Shown in pieces: positions 16,643 to 24,982 of a DNA stretch of 44,006 nt. Each line of letters opens with the position of its first letter. The first letter of the stretch is position 1. Both the position numbers and the translations under genes were made by a program. Source of the stretch: Burkholderiales bacterium (lineage in GTDB: Bacteria; Pseudomonadota; Gammaproteobacteria; Burkholderiales; JAEUOS01); the NCBI GenBank assembly GCA_031387185.1, contig JANNCZ010000565.1:1-44006 (forward strand), written 5' to 3'. The notes under the pieces were generated by a model. It did no database searches, was not told the origin of the DNA, and worked only from the letters and a program-made list of their open reading frames with translations.

Positions 16643-17353
16643 ATGACGCGCCACTCTGCACTCTGGCAATGGCTGCATGATGTGGCGCTGCCGGTAGTGT
16701 TGATTGTGTCACTCGCGTATTTTGCGATAGCCTGCACGCCGCTGCCGCGCGTCGCGGTGCAGGAGCCAACCACTGCCAAAGCGGCACCGCCACCGCGAAT
16801 GGCCGTGGCCAATGGCGCCATCTATCAGGCGGCTGCTTACCGCCCCATTTTTGAAGATCCGCGTCCGCGCTTTGTGGGCGACATTCTCACCATCAACATC
16901 AGTGAAAAATTCAGCGCCAGCCAGCAGAAAAATACCAGCACCAGCAAGGTCGGCAGCGTGGCGACGGACCCTACCAACATTCAATTGCCGATCGGTATTT
17001 TTCAGGGACTCAACGGCATCGGTGTGGCGGGCGGCTCGTCCAACAAGTTTGACGGCAAAGGCAGCACCGCCAGCGACAACTCGTTCACCGGCACCATCAC
17101 CGTGACGGTAATTGACGTGCTGCCCAACGGCAACATGGTGGTGTCGGGCGAAAAGCAGATCGGCAATAACCAGCAGGTTGAGACCATCCGCTTTTCCGGC
17201 GTGGTCAATCCGGTGACGATTTTGGCCGGCAATGTGGTCAGCTCTGCACAAGTGGCAGACGCGCGCATCGAGCTGCGTGGTCAAGGCGCTGTGGATGAGG
17301 CGCAGGTGCTGGGCTGGCTCGGACGTTTCTTTCTCTCCTTCCTGCCGTTTTGA
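16643..17353 (+). CDS. flgH: Flagellar L-ring lipoprotein FlgH
   Basis: The ATG at 16643 (MTRHSALWQW...) is followed by the lipobox-like YFAIAC. FlgH motifs are GDILTINISEKFSASQ and MVVSGEKQIGNNQQVETIRFSGVVNP. A TTG at 16625 is an alternative start. Confidence 0.92.
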   Translation: MTRHSALWQWLHDVALPVVLIVSLAYFAIACTPLPRVAVQEPTTAKAAPPPRMAVANGAIYQAAAYRPIFEDPRPRFVGDILTINISEKFSASQQKNTSTSKVGSVATDPTNIQLPIGIFQGLNGIGVAGGSSNKFDGKGSTASDNSFTGTITVTVIDVLPNGNMVVSGEKQIGNNQQVETIRFSGVVNPVTILAGNVVSSAQVADARIELRGQGAVDEAQVLGWLGRFFLSFLPF

Positions 17354-17394
17354 TCATGCTGCTGCCCACACCAGAACAAATCGGCATTGCCAAA

Positions 17395-18507
17395 ATGCTC
17401 AAGTGGCTGGCATCGATCCTGGTGCTCTGCGCCATGCTCATGCTCGGTATCTCGCAAGCGCGCGCCGAGCGCATCAAGGACCTTGCCAGCGTACAGGGCG
17501 TGCGCAGCAACCAGTTGCTCGGCTACGGCATCGTCGTGGGCCTCGACGGCAGCGGGGACCAGACCACGCAAACGCCATTCACCGTGCAGAGCCTGACCAC
17601 CATGCTCGGCCAGCTCGGCATCAATCTGCCGCCCGGCAGCAACCTGCAATTGAAAAACGTTGCGGCGGTGATGGTGACGGCGCAGCTGGCTGCGTTCGCA
17701 CAGCCGGGGCAGCAACTTGATGTCACGGTGTCGTCGATGGGCAACGCCAAGTCGTTACGTGGCGGCACGCTGCTGCTCACACCGCTCAAGGGAGCGGATG
17801 GCCAAGTCTACGGCCTGGCGCAGGGCAACATCGTGGTGGCCGGCGCGGGCGAGTCGGCGGCCGGCAGCAAGGCGCAGATCAATCATTTGGCTGCGGGCCG
17901 CATCCCCGGCGGCGCGACAGTTGAGCGTGCGGTGGCGACCTCGTTTGCGCTGGGCGATGTGCTGCGCCTCGAACTGCATGCGCAGGACTTCGGCACCGCG
18001 CGGCGCATGGTTGAAGCGATCAATGCGAATCTGGGCGACGGCACTGCGCAGGCGCTTGACGCGCGGGTGATCCAGGTGCGCGCGCCCGTTCCCTCCGACG
18101 AGCGCGTCGGCTTTATGGCGCGCCTCGAAAATCTCAATGTCAATGTCGTCACAGCAGCAGCCAAGGTGATCGTCAATGCGCGCACCGGCTCGATAGTAAT
18201 GAATCAGTCCGTCACACTCGATGCTTGTGCGGTGGCGCACGGCAATCTCTCGGTGACGGTCAATTCAACGCCGGTGATCAGCCAGCCTTCGGCGCTTTCG
18301 CAGACTGGCCAGACGGTGGTGTCGGAGCGTGCCGACATCCAGATCAAGCAGGACGGCGGCAAGATGGTGCTGCTGGACGCCGGGGTCAAGCTGGCCGACG
18401 TGGTCAAGGCGCTCAATTCACTCGGCGCCACGCCGCAGGACTTGCTGGCCATCTTGCAGGCCTTGAAGTCTTCGGGTGCGCTGCGTGCCGAGCTGGAGAT
18501 CATCTGA
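17395..18507 (+). CDS. flgI: Flagellar P-ring protein FlgI
   Basis: The signal peptide is MLKWLASILVLCAMLMLGISQARA followed by ERIKDLASVQGVRSNQLLGYGIVVGLDGSGD. Later motifs are NVAAVMVTAQL and GTLLLTPLKGADGQVY. The start is uncertain, with upstream TTG 17350 and ATG 17356 as alternatives. Confidence 0.92.
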   Translation: MLKWLASILVLCAMLMLGISQARAERIKDLASVQGVRSNQLLGYGIVVGLDGSGDQTTQTPFTVQSLTTMLGQLGINLPPGSNLQLKNVAAVMVTAQLAAFAQPGQQLDVTVSSMGNAKSLRGGTLLLTPLKGADGQVYGLAQGNIVVAGAGESAAGSKAQINHLAAGRIPGGATVERAVATSFALGDVLRLELHAQDFGTARRMVEAINANLGDGTAQALDARVIQVRAPVPSDERVGFMARLENLNVNVVTAAAKVIVNARTGSIVMNQSVTLDACAVAHGNLSVTVNSTPVISQPSALSQTGQTVVSERADIQIKQDGGKMVLLDAGVKLADVVKALNSLGATPQDLLAILQALKSSGALRAELEII

Positions 18508-18508
18508 C

Positions 18509-19483
18509 ATGGATGCGCGCGTGGATGCCAGCATAGCTCTGTCTGCATTCTCTGCGCCAGCCGCAGGCGCGGCGCCCGGTACGCGCTTCGCACTCGATCC
18601 GGCCAGTCTCAACGAACTGAAGCGCAAGTCGCGCGATGGCGGCGGCGAAGCGCAGGGCAAAGCATTGCGTCAGGCGGCGGGCCAGTTCGAAGCCGTATTC
18701 ATGAACATGCTGCTCAAGAGCATGCGCGAAAGTCTGCCCAAAGAGGGCGTGCTCGACAGCGAATCGACGCGCAGCTTCACCGGCATGTATGACATGCAGA
18801 TTGCGCAAAAGCTGGCGAATAAAGGCGTAGGCTTGGCCGACATGATCGTGCGGCAGGTGGAAGCGCGCAGCGGGCCGCAGCCCGGCGCCACGCCGGCTCG
18901 CGCGAGCACTGGCGCCATGTCGACGGTCGAAAAGCTCAAGGCGCTTACGGCTGATGCGCAACGCGCCGAACGCAGCGAGGGTGGCGAAGGTAGCAGAGGG
19001 TCAAGGCCGCCAAGTACGGCGGCACCGCACGAATTCGTGCAGCGCATGTGGGAGAGCGCGAAGTCGGCCGAGCAATCGACCGGTATGCCAGCCCAGTTCA
19101 TCCTTGGTCAGGCGGCGCTTGAGTCGGGCTGGGGGCGGCGCGAGATTCGTCAGCCAGACGGCAGCAGCAGCCACAACCTGTTTGGCATCAAGGCCGGGGG
19201 CAGTTGGAGCGGGCCGACGGTGAAGGCGGTGACCACTGAATTTGTCAACGGCGTGGCACGCAAGACCACTGAGACCTTCCGCGCCTATTCGTCTTACGCC
19301 GACAGCTTCGCCGACTATGCACGTCTGATCAACAACAACCCGCGTTACGCGGCGGCGCGCAATGCCGGCGCCGACGCCTCGGTGTTTGCGCGCAGTTTGC
19401 AAACGGCGGGCTATGCGACCGACCCACTATACGCCGCCAAGCTCACGCGCGTGATCGAGCAAACCGTGCGTGCCACCGCATGA
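18509..19483 (+). CDS. flgJ: Flagellar rod-assembly protein / peptidoglycan hydrolase FlgJ
   Basis: The ATG is 1 nt after the flgI stop. The N-terminal rod-binding motif is AAGQFEAVFMNMLLKSMRES. The C-terminal glucosaminidase-type domain has ILGQAALESGWG...NLFGIKAG...TEFVNG...FRAYSSYADSFADYARLI. Confidence 0.9.
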   Translation: MDARVDASIALSAFSAPAAGAAPGTRFALDPASLNELKRKSRDGGGEAQGKALRQAAGQFEAVFMNMLLKSMRESLPKEGVLDSESTRSFTGMYDMQIAQKLANKGVGLADMIVRQVEARSGPQPGATPARASTGAMSTVEKLKALTADAQRAERSEGGEGSRGSRPPSTAAPHEFVQRMWESAKSAEQSTGMPAQFILGQAALESGWGRREIRQPDGSSSHNLFGIKAGGSWSGPTVKAVTTEFVNGVARKTTETFRAYSSYADSFADYARLINNNPRYAAARNAGADASVFARSLQTAGYATDPLYAAKLTRVIEQTVRATA

Positions 19484-19589
19484 TCGTAGACACCGTGAAC
19501 GCTCAAACCATTTGCGCAGACACCGCGCCCACGGAGCCAAACCCTATTTGCACTGCGAGATGCATGCACCAATTTGGTGACCTGACGCC

Positions 19590-21485
19590 ATGAGTTCGTC
19601 AATCTTTGGCATCGGCGTCTCTGCCCTCAATGTTGCGCAGGCTGGCCTCGCGGCCACGTCGCACAACATCAGCAACGCGGCGACACCGGGCTACAGCCGC
19701 CAGAACAGTGTGCAGACCACGGCATCGCCGCAATTCACCGGTGCCGGTTACTTCGGGCAGGGTGCAACGATTGAAACGGTGCGCCGCTCCTACAGCGATT
19801 TTTTGGTGACGCAACTGCGCGAAGCGGGTACGCAAGCTGCGCATCTGGACACGCTGCGCGACCATTTGTCCAACATTGACAACTTGCTTTCTGATCCATC
19901 GACCGGTCTCACTCCGGCGATGAACGAGTTTTTTGCGAGCGTCAATGGGCTGGCCAACCAGCCAGGCAACACTCCATCGCGCCAGCAACTTTTGTCGAGC
20001 GCGCAGGTGCTGGCCGGCCGTTACCGGGGCCTTGCCGATTCGCTCGCGGGTTTGCGCGAGCAAGTGAATGACGGCATCGGCGTGACGGTGAGCGAGATCA
20101 ACAGCAGGGCGGGTTCGATTGCCCAACTCAACGACCGCATCCGCACCATGCAAGGAGCGGGTCACGCGCCCAATGACCTGCTCGACCAGCGCGATGCGCA
20201 GTTGCGAGACCTTGGGGCGCAGTTGCGCATCAACGTGGTCCCGTTGGCAGATGGCACGCTCAACGTGTTTTTGCCCAATGGCCAAGGCCTGGTGATGGGT
20301 ACGCAAGGCTTCGCGATTGCGGCGCAGGGCGACGCAGCCAATGCCGCCAACATCACGGTGGGCATCAACGCCGGCGCGGGCTTTCGTGCCATGCGCGAGA
20401 GTGATCTTTCTGGCGGAGCACTTGGCGGTCTGCTGGCGTTTCGCAACGGCGTGCTCGATGGTGTGGAAAACGCGCTGGGCCGCAGTGCCGCCACTCTCGC
20501 CGCGAACTTCAATGCCCAGCATATGGCGGGGCAGGATCGCAATGGCGTGTTGGGGGCGGCATTTTTTTCCACTGGCGCCGGTCCGCAGGTGCTGGCCAAC
20601 AGCGGCAACGCGGGCACGGCACAGCTTGCTGCCAGCATCAGCAACGCCAACGCTCTGAAGGCGAGCGACTACCGGGTGCAATACGACGGTGCCAACTACA
20701 CGGTCACTCGCCTGTCTGACAGCAATGCGCAAGTGTTTGCCGTGCTGCCGCAGACCATCGACGGCGTCAGCATATCGCTCGCAGCGGGCGCGCCCGCTGC
20801 GGGTGACAGCTTTGTCATGCAGGCGGTGCGCGGCGCCGCACGTAACCTGACTACGCTGCTGACCGATACTGCGGCGGTGGCCACTGGGTTGCCCATGCGT
20901 GGTGCGGCGGCAGGTGCCAACACCAGCATGGCGACCCTGGCTGTGAGCGGGGTGACGCCGCCGCCGGGTGTCAACCTCAGGCAGCCGGTGACCATCACCT
21001 TCACCGCGCCTGGCGTTTTCGGCGTGTCGGGCACCGGGACGGGAAATCCATCCGGACTGGCGTTTACGCCAGGCATGACGCTGGGCTACAACGGCTGGAG
21101 CGCGACCTTCGGCGGCACACCGGCAGCGGGCGACGTGTTTACCGTCGTGCCGAACACCGGGGGCAGTGGCGACAACGCCAATCTGCTTGCGCTGGCACGC
21201 CTGGGCCAAACCAAGCTTCTCGATGGCGGCACCGCCAGCGTGCAGGATGTCTACGCACAGATCGTGACCGGCATTGGCGTCGAGACCCACGGCGCCATCA
21301 CCGAAGCCAAAGCGCAGGCGGCTGTGGCGGTGCAGGCCGAAGCTGCGCAGCAGTCGGTATCAGGCGTCAATCTCGATGAAGAGGCCGCCGCCTTGCTCAA
21401 GTACCAGCAGGCTTATCAGGCGGCGGGCAAGGTGATCGCCACTGCCAATACCTTGTTCAACGAGATTCTCGCGATCATGCGCTGA
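19590..21485 (+). CDS. flgK: Hook-filament junction protein 1 FlgK
   Basis: 631 aa. The N-terminus is MSSSIFGIGVSALNVAQAGLAATSHNISNAATPGYSRQ and the C-terminus is VSGVNLDEEAAALLKYQQAYQAAGKVIATANTLFNEIL. Confidence 0.9.
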   Translation: MSSSIFGIGVSALNVAQAGLAATSHNISNAATPGYSRQNSVQTTASPQFTGAGYFGQGATIETVRRSYSDFLVTQLREAGTQAAHLDTLRDHLSNIDNLLSDPSTGLTPAMNEFFASVNGLANQPGNTPSRQQLLSSAQVLAGRYRGLADSLAGLREQVNDGIGVTVSEINSRAGSIAQLNDRIRTMQGAGHAPNDLLDQRDAQLRDLGAQLRINVVPLADGTLNVFLPNGQGLVMGTQGFAIAAQGDAANAANITVGINAGAGFRAMRESDLSGGALGGLLAFRNGVLDGVENALGRSAATLAANFNAQHMAGQDRNGVLGAAFFSTGAGPQVLANSGNAGTAQLAASISNANALKASDYRVQYDGANYTVTRLSDSNAQVFAVLPQTIDGVSISLAAGAPAAGDSFVMQAVRGAARNLTTLLTDTAAVATGLPMRGAAAGANTSMATLAVSGVTPPPGVNLRQPVTITFTAPGVFGVSGTGTGNPSGLAFTPGMTLGYNGWSATFGGTPAAGDVFTVVPNTGGSGDNANLLALARLGQTKLLDGGTASVQDVYAQIVTGIGVETHGAITEAKAQAAVAVQAEAAQQSVSGVNLDEEAAALLKYQQAYQAAGKVIATANTLFNEILAIMR

Positions 21486-21568
21486 GCGGCGCGGCATGTG
21501 TACCGGCGCTTGCACCCGCTAGGACGAGATCAGAAGCGAACGCTGCCACTACATACAACTTCATCATC

Positions 21569-22771
21569 ATGCGAATCAGCACCCAACAAATATTTGCGCA
21601 AGGCAGCGCCTCGATCTCGGCGCAATACAGCGATATGTCCCACACGCGCCAGCAAATCGCGACAGGCCGGCGCATCCTCACGCCGTCGGATGATCCGGTG
21701 GCGTCGTCCGCTGTGCTGCACGCCAGCGCGGCGATTGCCTTCAATCAGCGCCACGCTGACAATCAGACCGCCGCACTCGCCACGCTTAATCAGAGCGAGG
21801 TTTCACTCGGCGCATTCGGCGACGGCTTGCAGGAAGCGCGTCAGGCGTTGATTGCAGCCAATAGCGGCAGTCTGAATGACGCTGACCACCGCACCGTTGC
21901 CACCCAGCTTGACAACCTGCGCGGCCAATTGCTCGGCATTGCCAACAGCCGCGATGGCGCTGGTGCGTATCTGTTTGCCGGCTTCAACGAATCTGGTGCA
22001 CCGTTTGCATTGACTGCCACTGGCGCAAGCTACGCGGGCGATGACGGCGAGCGGCAGGTTGAAGTCGCACCGCAGCGCCAACTCGCCGTGTCGGTCAACG
22101 GTGCCAGCACTTTCATGCGTGTACCGGACGGCAATGGCGTGTTCTCCGTTAACGCGGCAGCGGGCAACACCGGTGACGGTATTGTTGATCCGGGCCGCGT
22201 GGTCAACCCCGCTGCACTCACCGGCCACCAGTACCGCATTGCATTCACGGCAGCCGCAACTTATGACGTGGTCGATGTGACCTCGGGCAGCACCGTGTCC
22301 TCCGGCAACGCCTACGCGAGCGGCAACGCCATCTCCGTCGCGGGTATGCAGATGGCCATCTCGGGCGCGCCGGCTGCGGGCGACAGCTTCACGCTCGATC
22401 CGAGCAAACACCAGAACGTGTTCGCCACGCTGACGCAGGCGATCAACGCCTTGCAGACGCCGACGTTGAACAGCGCGGGCCTCGCGCGTAGCACCAATCA
22501 AATCACCGGTGCGCTGCTCAATCTTGACCGCGCCCTCGACACCGCGCTCAGCGCGCGCACCAGCATCGGCGCGCGTCAGGCCGAGATTGCGCGCCTCCAG
22601 GACATCACCAGCGCCACCGGCATCGAGCATCAGCGGCGCTTATCGGAGCTGCAAGACCTTGACTATGCGGCAGCGGCGTCGGATGTCGCGCGCCAGCAAA
22701 CCATGATCGACGCCAACCAGCAAACGTTCGCAAAGATCGCCAAGCTCAGCCTGTTTGACTATTTGCGCTGA
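21569..22771 (+). CDS. flgL: Hook-filament junction protein 3 FlgL
   Basis: 400 aa. It has a flagellin-like N-terminus MRISTQQIFAQG...RQQIATGRRILTPSDDPVAS and a C-terminal helical region. It follows flgK. Confidence 0.88.
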   Translation: MRISTQQIFAQGSASISAQYSDMSHTRQQIATGRRILTPSDDPVASSAVLHASAAIAFNQRHADNQTAALATLNQSEVSLGAFGDGLQEARQALIAANSGSLNDADHRTVATQLDNLRGQLLGIANSRDGAGAYLFAGFNESGAPFALTATGASYAGDDGERQVEVAPQRQLAVSVNGASTFMRVPDGNGVFSVNAAAGNTGDGIVDPGRVVNPAALTGHQYRIAFTAAATYDVVDVTSGSTVSSGNAYASGNAISVAGMQMAISGAPAAGDSFTLDPSKHQNVFATLTQAINALQTPTLNSAGLARSTNQITGALLNLDRALDTALSARTSIGARQAEIARLQDITSATGIEHQRRLSELQDLDYAAAASDVARQQTMIDANQQTFAKIAKLSLFDYLR

Positions 22772-22784
22772 CGCTGTTTCAAGT

Positions 22785-24971
22785 TCAGGCCACTTGTGCG
22801 ATGCGCCCGGTCTGCATCAACGGAATCACACGCGCGCCTGCGGACTTGGGCAAGGCAATATTCCAGTGCTCCGGCAAGCGGCCTGCCGCAAGACTGACGA
22901 GCAGCTCAGTAAGTTGGGGCACTGGTACTGGCTTGCTGAAGTAATAACCCTGCATCAAATGGCAGCCGTGGCGTTGCAGCAGCAGCATTTGCTCGCGCGT
23001 CTCCACGCCCTCGGCCACCAGCTCCAGTTTGAGGGTGCGGCCCATCGCGATGATGGCCGCCGTGATGATCTCGTTGTCGTTGTCTTCATTCATGTCGGCG
23101 ACGAAAGACTTGTCGATCTTGAGCTGATGGATGTCGAAACGCTTGAGATAGGCGAACGACGAGTATCCTGTGCCGAAGTCATCAATTGACAAGTGCACGC
23201 CCAGTTTTTTCAACTGTTTGAGGCTGGCGATGGTCGAAGATACATCCTGCATCAGCATGGTCTCGGTGATTTCAAGTTCAAGCAGGTGCGCAGACAGACG
23301 CGCGTCGCTTAGGGTTGACTGAATCATTTCCACAAAGCCGGGCCGCTGGAAATGCGAGCCGGGGATGTTGACCGCCACGCGTACTGGTGGCAGGCCCTGT
23401 GCCAGCCACGCTGCGGCCTGGCGCGCTGCACAGGTGAGCGCCCATTCGCCCATTGCCGCGATGACACCGGTCTCTTCGGCAATCGGGATGAAGACGCCGG
23501 GTGGCACCAGCTTGCCGCCGCGATTCCAGCGCATGAGGGCTTCGGCGCCGACGATGCCCCCAGTCTGCGCATCGATCTGCGGCTGATAGTGCAGCACCAG
23601 TTCATTGCGCTCCTGCGCCTTGTGCAGATCCTTTTCCATTTCCCAGCGCTGGCGGTCGGCGACATTGAGTTCGGGCGTGTAGCTGCGCATGGCATTGCGG
23701 CCCTGTGCCTTGACCGAATACATCGCGGCGTCCGCGTTGCGCATCAGTGCTTCGGCGTCGCTGCCATCTTCCGGGTAGCGTGCGATGCCAATGCTGGCGC
23801 TGATGATGTTTTCGTGACCGTTGATGTTAAACGGCTTGCGCAGTGCTTCGAGCATGCGCTCGGCGATGCTCTGCGGCTGATGCGGCTCGTTGATGGCCGT
23901 CAGCAGAATGACAAATTCGTCACCGCCGATGCGTGCCACGATGTCGCGGCTGCCCTCGCGCCAGCGTACACACTGTGACAAGCGCTCGGCGACTTCACGC
24001 AGCAGCGCATCACCGGCGCCGTGGCCTTGGGTGTCGTTGACATTTTTGAAACGGTCGAGATCAACGAACAGAGCTGCGAGGCGGGTGCTTTTACGCGCTG
24101 CTGCGTCGATCTCGCCTGTCAGCGCCTCTTGAAACAAGCGGCGGTTCGGCAGGCCTGTGAGGCTGTCATAGTTGGCCAGCGACAAAATTTGTGCTTCGGC
24201 ACGTTTGCGCTGGGTGATGTCCTGTGTCGTGCCGGCAATGCTGACAGTCTTGCCGTTGGCATCGGACTCGGTCTCGGCTTCGATGTGCACGAAGAATTCT
24301 GTGCCTTGCGGGTTGAGTGCACGCACTTCAATGTCAAATTCGCCGGGGCCGGCCTTGAGGCGTTCCGCCGCACCATTGAACTGAGGCGCATCAGCCGGAT
24401 GAATGAACTCGAAAAATTGTTGCGACGACAGCGGCGCGCCGCTGTTACTGAGGCCGGCCATGGCAAAGCAGATGTCAGAGGCGGTGACGGTGTTGTCGCC
24501 AAGGTTCCACTCCCAACTGCCAAGGCGGGCAATGCGTTGTGCGCGCGCCAGCTTGGAGCGGCTCTGTTCGAGTTCGGCGCGCATGCGCGCTGCACGTAGC
24601 AGGTAGCGTGCGCGCTGTGCCAGCAGCGTCCACTGCGAGGACTTGACGAAGAAATCGGTGGCGCCGGCTTCATAGGCGCGCGCAATCGAGCCTTCATCGT
24701 CCAGGCCGGTGAGCATCAGTACCGGCACGTTGGCTCCCAGCGGCTGCTTGCGCAGGGCCACGCAGGCGTCGAAGCCGTTCATGCCCGGCATCAAGGCATC
24801 GAGCAGTACACAGTCGCAGTGATGGGCTGCAAACATGGTCAGGGCTTCGCACCCGCTGCCGGCCTGTAGCACCCGGAAGGCATGCTGTTCGAGTACTGTG
24901 GCGGTCAATAAACGGGCGACCGGATCGTCATCGACCAGAAGAATAGTGTCTTGTTGGGCAGTATGGTTCAT
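22785..24971 (-). CDS. REC-PAS-GGDEF-EAL c-di-GMP turnover protein
   Basis: 728 aa. The receiver is TILLVDDDPVA, CVLLDALMPGMNG, VLMLTG and FFVKS. A PAS-like middle follows. The GGDEF site is ARIGGDEFVILL. EAL motifs are GAEALMRW, DDFGTGYSS and KIDKSF. Both catalytic signatures look intact, and there is no RxxD I-site at the canonical position. Confidence 0.92.
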   Translation of the reverse strand: MNHTAQQDTILLVDDDPVARLLTATVLEQHAFRVLQAGSGCEALTMFAAHHCDCVLLDALMPGMNGFDACVALRKQPLGANVPVLMLTGLDDEGSIARAYEAGATDFFVKSSQWTLLAQRARYLLRAARMRAELEQSRSKLARAQRIARLGSWEWNLGDNTVTASDICFAMAGLSNSGAPLSSQQFFEFIHPADAPQFNGAAERLKAGPGEFDIEVRALNPQGTEFFVHIEAETESDANGKTVSIAGTTQDITQRKRAEAQILSLANYDSLTGLPNRRLFQEALTGEIDAAARKSTRLAALFVDLDRFKNVNDTQGHGAGDALLREVAERLSQCVRWREGSRDIVARIGGDEFVILLTAINEPHQPQSIAERMLEALRKPFNINGHENIISASIGIARYPEDGSDAEALMRNADAAMYSVKAQGRNAMRSYTPELNVADRQRWEMEKDLHKAQERNELVLHYQPQIDAQTGGIVGAEALMRWNRGGKLVPPGVFIPIAEETGVIAAMGEWALTCAARQAAAWLAQGLPPVRVAVNIPGSHFQRPGFVEMIQSTLSDARLSAHLLELEITETMLMQDVSSTIASLKQLKKLGVHLSIDDFGTGYSSFAYLKRFDIHQLKIDKSFVADMNEDNDNEIITAAIIAMGRTLKLELVAEGVETREQMLLLQRHGCHLMQGYYFSKPVPVPQLTELLVSLAAGRLPEHWNIALPKSAGARVIPLMQTGRIAQVA

Positions 24972-24982
24972 GATGCCTCCAG

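Noticed and set aside
19599-21290. 563-aa ORF antisense to flgK
   Set aside because: It is a shadow ORF. The flgK N- and C-terminal conserved helices are on the plus strand, and the antisense product is Arg-rich with no motifs.
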